Assembly: GCA_963751345.1 (NCBI GenBank)
Contig: CAVVUS010000011.1
Span: 160,001-224,000 of the forward strand
Direction of reading: 5' to 3'
Origin: an uncultured Chloroflexia bacterium
Lineage (GTDB): Bacteria > Chloroflexota > Anaerolineae > B4-G1 > SLSP01
Length of the DNA: 64,000 bases
This document shows, piece after piece, positions 1-8,220 of the stretch. The notes below the pieces were generated by a model. That model was not told where the DNA came from. It made no database searches and saw only the letters and a list, made by a program, of their open reading frames with translations. Numbering within the stretch: the first letter of the stretch is position 1; each line of letters starts with the position of its first letter. Position numbers and translations under genes: made by a program.

Positions 1-2
1 CT

Positions 3-149
3 GCCCAGATGCCGGAGGACTACGTCTACTGGCGAGTCTGGGAAGGAGTTCCGGACGGATTGATGTACCCCTTCAAGTGGATCTTCACCACGGATGACGC
101 CTGGGATGTGACCACCTACTTGATGGAGCAGCAAGGAGGTGCGCCATGA
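3..149 (+). CDS. 3' end of a multiheme c-type cytochrome (paralog of 1129..3036), partial at window edge
   Basis: Manual translation AQMPEDYVYWRVWEGVPDGLMYPFKWIFTTDDAWDVTTYLMEQQGGAP*; 34/40 residues identical to the C-terminus of 1129..3036. Confidence 0.85.
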   Translation, partial: AQMPEDYVYWRVWEGVPDGLMYPFKWIFTTDDAWDVTTYLMEQQGGAP

Positions 150-289
150 TGAGCCTGGGAGTGTGGGTCGTCTTCGGATGGATAGCCTTTGTGGGGCTGA
201 CGTTGGTGGCGTTCATCATCTACGCGCTGAAGACCGGGCAGTTCAGGAATATCGAGGACGCCAAGTACAAAATGCTTGAGGATCATTAG
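146..289 (+). CDS. ccoS: cbb3-type cytochrome oxidase assembly protein CcoS/FixS
   Basis: Not in ORF track. MMSLGVWVVFGWIAFVGLTLVAFIIYALKTGQFRNIEDAKYKMLEDH*: one TM helix plus a CcoS-type 'ALKTGQFxxIE' motif; AGGAGG RBS; ATGA overlap with the upstream gene. Confidence 0.8.
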   Translation: MMSLGVWVVFGWIAFVGLTLVAFIIYALKTGQFRNIEDAKYKMLEDH

Positions 290-324
290 CCAGAGCCCTG
301 GCCGGGACGGGAAGGAGGCGACAA

Positions 325-630
325 ATGACACAAACTGCGTTCAACCTGTGGGGGGAGATTCTCGGCGTCGCAGGGGGGGCGTTCGTGCTCTTGCTGTTTG
401 GCCTGACGCTGGCTCTGCGCCAGCGTTCCGCGGCGTCGTCCGGGGCAAGGGGGCACCGGCCCATCGAGGACCAGAGCGAGCACGAGGAAATACGCCCCGA
501 CGGCTACATCGATAGCTTTGCGAACGTGATCGAGGAGGCCGGAGGCAGACTGCCGCCGGTTGTCCTACTGGCCCTTCCGGCCATCCTGCTCTGGTGGTTG
601 ATCTACCTGATCCTCAACTGGACGCCGTGA
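325..630 (+). CDS. Small 2-TM membrane protein; C-terminal half resembles the CcoP/FixP N-terminal anchor
   Basis: AAGGAGG RBS; two hydrophobic helices; 'IEEAGGRLPP...LLWWLIYL' recalls FixP_N 'IEEYDNPLP..W...Y'. Confidence 0.65.
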   Translation: MTQTAFNLWGEILGVAGGAFVLLLFGLTLALRQRSAASSGARGHRPIEDQSEHEEIRPDGYIDSFANVIEEAGGRLPPVVLLALPAILLWWLIYLILNWTP

Positions 631-643
631 AAGCGAGGGCGAG

Positions 644-966
644 ATGGCATACTTCTACCAAGTGAGCTTCAATATCAGTTCGGATGACATGACCGAGCTG
701 GAGATCGGCTCCACTCTGGAGCGTGTGATCGGTTACCTCAAGACGCTGCTGCCCAGCGAACCGGGGTATCATCGATGCCCGTGCATTCTACTCTCTCGAC
801 AGCGCTGAACCCGATCTACGTCGTCACAATCAGCCTCTGGGAGCGCTGGGACGATCTGGAGCGCCACCGCGATTCGAATCTTGCGGAGGACAAGGTTCTG
901 AAGGAGTTTGGTCCGCATCTCGAGCCGGAGGATCTCATCGTGCGGATCTACAGCGAAGTGAGTTGA
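644..966 (+). CDS. Antibiotic biosynthesis monooxygenase (ABM)-fold protein, two frameshifts
   Basis: Rebuilt MAYFYQVSFNI...LLPSEPGY/IDARAFYSLDSAEP/IYVVTISLWERWDDLERHRDS...; the 'PGY...VV..W....L..H' pattern is typical of dimeric alpha/beta barrels. Confidence 0.55.
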
Positions 967-1045
967 CGAATGATAGGTCGATATCCTTTCCGGGATGTCG
1001 ATACGGGCGGCACGATGGGTTTTCATTCGGGCTAGATTCGCGTGA

Positions 1046-1078
1046 ACTGGGCCAGCCAGACAACCTGGCTGGCCCAGT
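1046..1078. repeat. Perfect 14-bp inverted repeat upstream of the second cytochrome gene
   Basis: ACTGGGCCAGCCAG-ACAAC-CTGGCTGGCCCAGT; no U-tract. Confidence 0.7.
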
Positions 1079-1128
1079 CCTGACATAGGGTATGCGGGAC
1101 TGCCGTCAGCGGATAAGGAGATGACGCT

Positions 1129-3036
1129 ATGAAGATGACCTTCAAAACAATCCTGGTCGGCGGGTTCATTGTCTTCATCGCCGTGGTCACGGCGGCGGTC
1201 TTCGTGCCCGGCCTCATCTATCATCCGGATCGCACGCTCAAGGCTGTGGACTATACGGACTTGGAGACGAAGGGACGCGAGGTCTTCTACTCGAACGGCT
1301 GCAACTACTGCCACACACAGTATGTGCGCGAGCAGGATACGGCCATGGGCGCCGTGTCTGAGGGTGGTGACTACTATTTCGACAACCCATTGATCCTCGG
1401 CTCCGAGCGTACAGGACCGGACCTGACGAACATCGGGCGGAAGCGCAGCGTGATGTGGGAGTTCGAGCACCACAAGAACCCGCGCGACCTCTCCCCGCTC
1501 TCGATTATGCCCAGCTTCGAGTTCCTCTCAGATGCGGAGATTATGGCAATGGATGCCTATCTCTTTTCTCTGGGAGACCGCGTGGCGCAGGAGCGCATGA
1601 TCCTGCCTCCCGTGGCCTATGCCGGCGTGGCCGACTCCTTCAAGTATCCTGAGGTGCAGGCTGCAGCGGATCAGAGCGAGGTGTGGCCAACGTGGGAAGC
1701 ATCGGGGTTACAGGAGGGCAAGGAGCTCTACGTTAAGTATTGCCTGACGTGTCACGGCTGTGCCGGCAACGGCCTGGGCAGCTACGGTGGCACGACGTCC
1801 GTGACGCCGGCCAATTTCAAGGTTGAGCCCTATCGCAGCATGCCGCCCGATCAGTGGTTCTGGCACGTCTCCGAGGGGGTGCCCGGTACGGTGATGCCCG
1901 TGTGGAAGGAAAGCCTGAGCGAGGCGCAGCGATGGACCGTGATCCGCTACGTCCGCGAGATCTTTGCCCAGCCCACGATGCACGCGACCGAGCCGGGGAG
2001 TCCGACCGGTGCTTACGTCGGTCTCACCAATCCCGTCACGCTGACCGTGCAGGTGCTGGATGAGGGCAAGGCGATCTTCACACGCGAGTGCTTAGTCTGT
2101 CACGGCGACGCGGGGCGGGGGCATGGACCCTATCGCAACGAGCTCCAGCCTGCGCCTCCGGATTTCAGTGACACGGCGGCGTTCAGCAGCTTCACCGACG
2201 CCGACTACTTCTGGCGGATCAGCGAGGGTGTACCGTGGACCGCGATGCCCGCCTGGAAGGTCCAGTATGACGAAACGTCCAGATGGCAGGTAGTGCACTA
2301 CCTCCGTGCCATCTTCACCCAGACGGAGGCCATACCACCCGCGCCGCAGGCGGGTTTGACCTTCACCTATCCAGACTTCTACAGGGACTCACAGCGGTTC
2401 CCTGCAGAAGTCTCCTTTGACCGTGGTCGCATCGTCTACTTGCAGCAGTGCGCTCACTGCCACGGCTACGCCGGCGCCGGGAATGGACCGGACGGGCAGT
2501 ATCTGAATCCTGGGCCGACCGATCTGGTCAGTATCGCTGACCAGGAGATCACCCCCGAATCGCAGGGCAAGTATCTGGCGATGCTCACCTTCGGGATCCA
2601 GAACTCCGCGATGCCTGCCTGGGGAGAGTGGCTGCCCGTCGAGCAGCGATGGGACGTCATCAAGTTCTTGTTTGACGCTTTCTCGACGGGACGACCGCAG
2701 ACGACGAGCGCGGATACCGGAAATATCGCGGTGAACTACCTGATGGCGAGCAGTCAGGCGTACATTGACCAGGGGCATACTATCTCGGTTACCCACGGCG
2801 CCGAACTCTACGCGACGTACTGCGCGCCATGCCATGGCGACAGGGGACAGGGCAATGGCCCCGGCACCGCGGGGAGCCTCAGCGGCGGCCCGGCTGCCTT
2901 CCCCGCCCAGATGGGGGAGGCCTACGTCGTCTGGCGGGTCCAGGAGGGCGTACCGGATGGGTTGATGTACCCGTTCAAATGGATCTTCACCAGCGACGAT
3001 GCCTGGGACGTGACGGTCTATCTGACGCAGAAGTAG
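1129..3036 (+). CDS. ccoO: Pentaheme c-type cytochrome: CcoO/FixO (cbb3 subunit II) domain fused to four class I cytochrome c domains
   Basis: N-terminal TM; CcoO motifs GCNYCHTQYVR, GSERTGPDL, 'H.KNPR..P.SIMP'; further CxxCH at CLTCH, CLVCH, CAHCH, CAPCH, each followed by a MPxW/MYPF candidate axial Met. Confidence 0.85.
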   Translation: MKMTFKTILVGGFIVFIAVVTAAVFVPGLIYHPDRTLKAVDYTDLETKGREVFYSNGCNYCHTQYVREQDTAMGAVSEGGDYYFDNPLILGSERTGPDLTNIGRKRSVMWEFEHHKNPRDLSPLSIMPSFEFLSDAEIMAMDAYLFSLGDRVAQERMILPPVAYAGVADSFKYPEVQAAADQSEVWPTWEASGLQEGKELYVKYCLTCHGCAGNGLGSYGGTTSVTPANFKVEPYRSMPPDQWFWHVSEGVPGTVMPVWKESLSEAQRWTVIRYVREIFAQPTMHATEPGSPTGAYVGLTNPVTLTVQVLDEGKAIFTRECLVCHGDAGRGHGPYRNELQPAPPDFSDTAAFSSFTDADYFWRISEGVPWTAMPAWKVQYDETSRWQVVHYLRAIFTQTEAIPPAPQAGLTFTYPDFYRDSQRFPAEVSFDRGRIVYLQQCAHCHGYAGAGNGPDGQYLNPGPTDLVSIADQEITPESQGKYLAMLTFGIQNSAMPAWGEWLPVEQRWDVIKFLFDAFSTGRPQTTSADTGNIAVNYLMASSQAYIDQGHTISVTHGAELYATYCAPCHGDRGQGNGPGTAGSLSGGPAAFPAQMGEAYVVWRVQEGVPDGLMYPFKWIFTSDDAWDVTVYLTQK

Positions 3037-3073
3037 AGAGGCGGGGGGCGATCGACCTCCGTAGGGTGGAACG

Positions 3074-3782
3074 ATGAACGCAACTGGATCACTCTATACC
3101 GGGCTGCTATTGGCCGCGCTCGTCGGGAGCCTGGGACACTGCCTGGGCATGTGCGGTCCCCTGGTCCTGATCCTGGGCGCACAGGTCAAGAAGCAGAACG
3201 CGTCCCCGCTTCCGACCCATCTGCTCTACCATGGGAGCCGGATCGGGGTCTACGTGGTGCTGGGCGCCCTCGTCGGAGGGTTAGGTTCATTGGTCGGCGT
3301 ACGGCCGTCCCTGGGCCGCCTTGCAGGCGTCGTCAGCCTAGTCCTCGGGCTGGGCGTCGTGCTGCTGGGGCTGGGATATCTCGGTTGGTTGCCGCTTCAG
3401 CGGCTGGAGGGTGCTGCCACGTGGTGGAGTCGCGCCACCGCCGGCGCGCTAAAGCGGCGAGGGATGGGGCGCGTTGCGATGCTGGGGGCGCTCAACGGGA
3501 TCCTTCCGTGCGGCCTGGTCTACAGCGGGCTCCTCGTCGCGGCCTCTACCGGCGGGGCGATCCAGGGCGCGCTTGGGATGGTGATATTCGGGGCCGGGAC
3601 GCTCCCGGCGTTGTTGGTCGTCGGGTTGGGCGCAGGGGCTCTCAGCGTTCACGCACGCCAGGTGCTCGCGAGGATCTCGGGGATCGTGATTGTGCTTGGT
3701 GGGGGTCCAGCTCGTCATGCGGGGGTTGGCCGGCCTCGGCGTCGTGCCGATGCTGCGTATAGGAGGCTTCGTGATTTGGTAA
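3074..3782 (+). CDS. DsbD_2 / sulfite exporter TauE-like membrane protein (cbb3 accessory), frameshift near 3700
   Basis: GSLGHCLGMCGP and LPCGLVY motifs; true C-terminus VQLVMRGLAGLGVVPMLRIGGFVIW* lies in another frame ending at 3782. Confidence 0.8.
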
Positions 3783-6283
3783 CGCAAGACAGCTCAGGGG
3801 AGGCCCCGCGGCTTGAACGGTGGGAACACCCGCCCTCCCCGCCGGAAGCCCGTTCGAATCGGGATCTTGGGCCGCTTCCGAAGAAAGGGACGTGCGACCT
3901 CTGCGGCTTGCAGATCGATGGAGGTCCCATCGTGAAGACCTTTGATGGGGAAGAGAAGCACTTCTGCTGCCAGGGGTGTGCGAACGTCTACGAGGTCGCC
4001 TACAAGAACGACATGCTCGATGAGGTCGTCCAGAAGCCCGAGCCCAGGAAAAGCCCCACGGATGTCGTCAAGGACGTCTTCCTCGATCCGGGAGAGACGG
4101 CCTACTTCTCGCTGAAGGGTATGTGGTGCGCCGGCTGCGCCGTGGCTGCTGAGCGGGTGCTCAAGAAGGAGCCGGGCATCAAGGGCGTCGACGTCAGCTT
4201 CGCCGCCGAGCGGGGGCGCATCCGGTACGATCCTGACGTGGCGAATCCGCGGGAGGTGCTCGAACCGCCTTGGCCCGCTGGGTTACCAGGGGCATGTGCT
4301 GACCGATCCCGGGGAAGCCGAAGCGACCGTCGAGAGGAGCGAATGGTCCTCCAGTTGATCGTCGCTGCGGCATTCGGTATGCAGGTGATGATCTTCTACC
4401 TGGTGCAACTCTATCCACGATACGCGGCCGGTGACTACAATGCGCCGGACGTCCGTCGCCTTCAGTACCTTGTCTGGCTTCTGGCTACGCCGTCTCTCTT
4501 CTTCGGTGGACTCTCCTTTCTCAAGGGTGCCTGGCGAGCGCTCAAGGCGGGCACGGCGACGATGGATACGTTGGTCGCACTGGGCACGCTTTCGGCGTAC
4601 AGCTACAGCGTCTACATAGCGGTGACGGGGAGTGGCGAGGCTTACTTCGATTCCGTCGCGATGATCACGCTTTTCGTGCTCTTCGGGCGATATCTGGAGA
4701 CGGTGGGCGGTACCCAGGCACGCAAGGATATTCGGCAGTTGCTGCAGCTCCAGCCTGAGAAGGCATGGCGCCGTGCCCCATCGGGGGAGGGAGGGGAATG
4801 GCAGCAAATCAAGGCGCTGTTGCTGGAGGTTGGCGACGTCATCCTGGTGAAGCCCGGAGAGCGGGTGCCCGCTGACGCCGAGATCATCGAGGGGGAGGGT
4901 ACGGCTAACGAAGCACTGTTGACCGGCGAGTCGGCGCCCGTGGACAAGGCACCCGGAGATACACTCTACTCCGGAACGGTGGTCAACGATGCCGCGGTGA
5001 TCGCGCGGGTCACACGCCCGGTGGGGACGACGCGGCTTGCGCAGATCACGCAGCTCGTGGAGCAGACGCTTTCGGCGAAGCCTCCGATTCAGCGGTTGGC
5101 CGACACAGCCTCGGCCTACTTTGCCTTTGGCATCCTGGGTGCGGCTGTCGTCACGGCCGTCGTGCGCCTTCTGCTGGGACAGGCCGCGAACGAGGCGATC
5201 TTGGCCGCCGTGGCCGTTCTGGTGGTCGCTTGTCCGTGTGCCCTGGGATTGGCGACGCCGTTGGCGTTGACGGTCACTTTGGGGAGGACCACGCGCGCCG
5301 GACTGTTGGTGCGCAACCCCGCGGCGCTGGAGACGACGGCCAAGGTGCAGCGCATGGTCTTTGACAAGACCGGGACGCTGACACAGGGGGTGCTGTCGGT
5401 GACACAGACGGTGGTCGCCCCTGAGGCCGCCATCACACCAGATGATCTGCTTCGCATGGCCGCGGCGGTGGAGCAGTATTCCGAGCATCCTATTGCACGG
5501 GCGATCGTGGCAGCCTGGGCCGGCCCTCTGCAGGCAGCGGACGATTTCCGCCCGTTGCGGGGGTTGGGAGCAAGCGCCCGGGTCGACGGACGCCGGATTC
5601 TGGTCGGCTCGGCACGCTTTCTGAATGTGACCGAAGGATCGCCGCTGTTGTCTCAGGCCACGGTGCAGGCAGAGCGCGGCGAGACGGTCGTTTGGGTGGG
5701 GGGCGACACCCCGACCGCGGGCGGTGATGCCGCCCCGGAAGGTTATCTTACCCTGCGTGACACGCCCAACCCCGCAGCCTGGGAGGCTCTGGCTCAGCTC
5801 CAGGCCCTCGGGATCCGATCGGTGATGCTGTCCGGGGACACGGAGAGCACAGTGGCTGCCATTGCGAGCGAACTCGATCTTGTCGACTATGAGGGGAACT
5901 GCCTCCCGTCTGAGAAGGCGGAGCGCATCCGAGCGTGGCAATCGCAGGGCGACAAAGTGGCCATGGTCGGGGACGGCGTCAATGACGCACCGGGACTGGC
6001 CCAGGCCGACCTGAGTTTCACAGCCGTGGGCGGCACCGACGTTGCCGGTGAGACCTCGGATATCGTGCTGACCCACAGCGACCTGACCATTATCCCATGG
6101 TACATCGCCCTGTCACGGCGCACACGGCGGATCATCCTGGAAAATCTGGGTTGGGCGTTCGCGTACAATCTGGTTGCGGTGCCTCTGGCAGCATTCGGCG
6201 TGATCAGCCCGGTAATCGCTGCGGCGACGATGGCGAGCAGCAGCCTGCTCGTGGTGGGCAACTCCCTGCGGTTGCGCCGATAG
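3776..6283 (+). CDS. ccoI: Heavy-metal (Cu+) P1B-type ATPase, CcoI/FixI-like
   Basis: AGGAGG plus TTG start; N-terminal CDLC...FCCQGC, HMA GMWCAGC, TGES, CPC, DKTGT, GDGVND, YN, MASSS; probable compensating frameshifts ~4260-4320. Confidence 0.88.
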   Translation: MVTQDSSGEAPRLERWEHPPSPPEARSNRDLGPLPKKGTCDLCGLQIDGGPIVKTFDGEEKHFCCQGCANVYEVAYKNDMLDEVVQKPEPRKSPTDVVKDVFLDPGETAYFSLKGMWCAGCAVAAERVLKKEPGIKGVDVSFAAERGRIRYDPDVANPREVLEPPWPAGLPGACADRSRGSRSDRREERMVLQLIVAAAFGMQVMIFYLVQLYPRYAAGDYNAPDVRRLQYLVWLLATPSLFFGGLSFLKGAWRALKAGTATMDTLVALGTLSAYSYSVYIAVTGSGEAYFDSVAMITLFVLFGRYLETVGGTQARKDIRQLLQLQPEKAWRRAPSGEGGEWQQIKALLLEVGDVILVKPGERVPADAEIIEGEGTANEALLTGESAPVDKAPGDTLYSGTVVNDAAVIARVTRPVGTTRLAQITQLVEQTLSAKPPIQRLADTASAYFAFGILGAAVVTAVVRLLLGQAANEAILAAVAVLVVACPCALGLATPLALTVTLGRTTRAGLLVRNPAALETTAKVQRMVFDKTGTLTQGVLSVTQTVVAPEAAITPDDLLRMAAAVEQYSEHPIARAIVAAWAGPLQAADDFRPLRGLGASARVDGRRILVGSARFLNVTEGSPLLSQATVQAERGETVVWVGGDTPTAGGDAAPEGYLTLRDTPNPAAWEALAQLQALGIRSVMLSGDTESTVAAIASELDLVDYEGNCLPSEKAERIRAWQSQGDKVAMVGDGVNDAPGLAQADLSFTAVGGTDVAGETSDIVLTHSDLTIIPWYIALSRRTRRIILENLGWAFAYNLVAVPLAAFGVISPVIAAATMASSSLLVVGNSLRLRR

Positions 6284-6352
6284 CGTCGCCCGGAGTCGCT
6301 TTCCCGGAGCGGCGCCACACTACTGAGTGCAGTCGAGCAGGAGTCATAACGA

Positions 6353-7045
6353 ATGAAGCGAGAGCGACCCGAACCCCACTTCACGGCATCACAGATCGTC
6401 CACGACATCGTAATCGGCATGTCGGATGGCCTCACGGTCCCCTTTGCCATCGCCGCCGGCATGTCCGGTGCCTCGGTTGCCACGAGAGTGGTGATCATCG
6501 CCGGGCTTTCGGAGATCGCTGCCGGCTCGATCTCGATGGGATTGGGCGGATATCTGTCAGGACGCACCGATATGGAACACTACGAGACTGAACGTAAGCG
6601 CGAGGTCAGGGAGACGCATGAGGTGCCCGAGCAGGAGACCCGCGAGGTGGTCAACATTCTCAAGGACCACGGTCTGGATGAGGAAGAGGCCAAGCCCATC
6701 GTGGAGAAGATGAAAGAGGACCGGGATAAGTGGGTGGACTTTATGATGCGTTTCGAGCTTGGTCTGGAAAAGCCCGATCCCCAGCAGGCCCTCAAGAGCG
6801 GATTGACGATCGGGCTTTCTTACGCGGTCGCGGGGTTCATCCCGCTCACGCCCTATGCCGTGATGAACTCCGTCACGACGGCGCTCTACGTCTCGGCTGC
6901 GGTGACAATGGCGGCCCTGATCATCTTCGGCTACGTCAAGGGACGGCTGACCGGAGTGAGTGGCTGGTCGTCTGCGCTGCAGACGGCCGTCGTAGGCGGG
7001 CTCGCCGCCGGTGCAGCATTTGTGCTTGCGCGCCTAATCGGATAG
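6353..7045 (+). CDS. VIT1/CCC1 family Fe/Mn transporter
   Basis: DIVIGMSDGLTVPFA, AGSISMGLGGYL, FMMRFELGL motifs. Confidence 0.9.
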   Translation: MKRERPEPHFTASQIVHDIVIGMSDGLTVPFAIAAGMSGASVATRVVIIAGLSEIAAGSISMGLGGYLSGRTDMEHYETERKREVRETHEVPEQETREVVNILKDHGLDEEEAKPIVEKMKEDRDKWVDFMMRFELGLEKPDPQQALKSGLTIGLSYAVAGFIPLTPYAVMNSVTTALYVSAAVTMAALIIFGYVKGRLTGVSGWSSALQTAVVGGLAAGAAFVLARLIG

Positions 7046-7063
7046 CTGATGTTAGGGAAGCCT

Positions 7064-8123
7064 ATGAACACTGAACCACCTCGGCGACAACAACTTAGCG
7101 GGAACACCTGGCTGGCCCTTCTGGCTCTAGCCGTGTCGACCTGGCTTGTAATCCAGGGATTTGGCCTCGTCGTCGAGGTGGCATCCGTTCTTTTTGGTGC
7201 CACGTTGATCAGCTTGGCCACTCGTCCGCTGGTCGATTATCTCGCAGCGCATCACATCCCACGGGTGCTCACGATGATCGTTATCTACCTCGTGGGGCTG
7301 GCGATCATCAGTACGGTGGGGGCCCTACTCGTGCCGGTGACTCGGTCTGAGGTCGCCGCCCTACAGCAAGACGGTCCCGCGTTGGCGGCCTCGATCGTTG
7401 CATGGGCGCGGTCGTTGCCGGTGGTTGGCTCTCTGATCCCCTCGACGAATTCCCTACTGACGAGCGTCTTCCAGAGATTGGGTACGATCAGTGTCACCAT
7501 CCTGGACACGATCACCAGCATCGGTGGGACAGCCTTGGATGTGGTTATTTCGCTTGTCATCGCCGTCTTCTTCACGACAGACCCGGGCCTCAACAGCCGG
7601 AGCATCGAACGCTGGATCGGCATTCGCGCTCGCCCGCGCGTTCACACGATACTTATGCACATCCAGCGCCGACTCCAGCGCTGGGTGTGGGCGCAGCTAG
7701 CCATCGCGCTCTACTTCGCGGTGAGCTTCAGCGTGGGGCTGACCGCACTTGGAGTCCCGGCCGGGTTGACGATCGGCGTTCTGGGCGGTCTGTTAGAGAT
7801 CGTCCCGTACCTGGGCGGCGCAATTGCCACCATCCTGGCCGTGCTCAGTGCCTTGACCCTCGGCCCGTTGCGGGCGCTCTGGGTCGTCTTGCTCTACCTG
7901 GTCATTGTGGAGGTGGAGTCCCACATCGTTGCCCCGGCCTTCTACGGGCGAATCCTTGGGTCTACCTCCGGCACTGGTGCTGGTAGCGCTTGTGGTCGGC
8001 CTCAAGCTCTACGGCATCGTGGGCGTTTTCTTCGCTGTCCCGCTCGCGGTTGTGGTCGTCGCGATTCTGGAAGAGCTTTATCCTCCTGGCACCGACGATG
8101 AGGAGGCTCCCGAAGGCCAATAG
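7064..8123 (+). CDS. AI-2E family transporter (frameshift ~7960)
   Basis: Multi-TM; LEIVPYLG, VESHIVAP; C-terminus LGLPPALVLVALVVG..YGIVGVFFAVPLA in ORF 7905..8123. Confidence 0.85.
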
Positions 8124-8220
8124 CCAGAGCGACTCCATTGTCGCGTTCTGTGACTGTGCTACACTCCTTCCCGTCGTCGTCTCCATCGTGCTCAGCTATG
8201 CGCAGTCTCAGGATCTTGAT

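Noticed and set aside
287-289. Genome-wide amber recoding or pyrrolysine
   Set aside because: Many genes here end properly at TAG (e.g. 3036, 6283, 35025) and no pyl genes are in the window
4283-6076. Long antisense ORFs (also 8002..9390, 24879..26078, 14734..15831, 37410..38390)
   Set aside because: Shadow ORFs of high-GC genes with no recognisable motifs
3074-6283. 1069-aa DsbD_2-P1B ATPase fusion in the ORF track
   Set aside because: A frameshift near 3700 hides the hydrophobic C-terminus and stop at 3782; the ATPase has its own RBS and TTG at 3776
6284-6323. Degenerate hairpin with CTAC after ccoI
   Set aside because: Too many mismatches to assign to a REP family or terminator
7990-8220. 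Extended N-termini in the ORF track (also 15975, 16955, 21763, 47810, 48736, 55363)
   Set aside because: Homology, RBS or promoter positions support the downstream starts used
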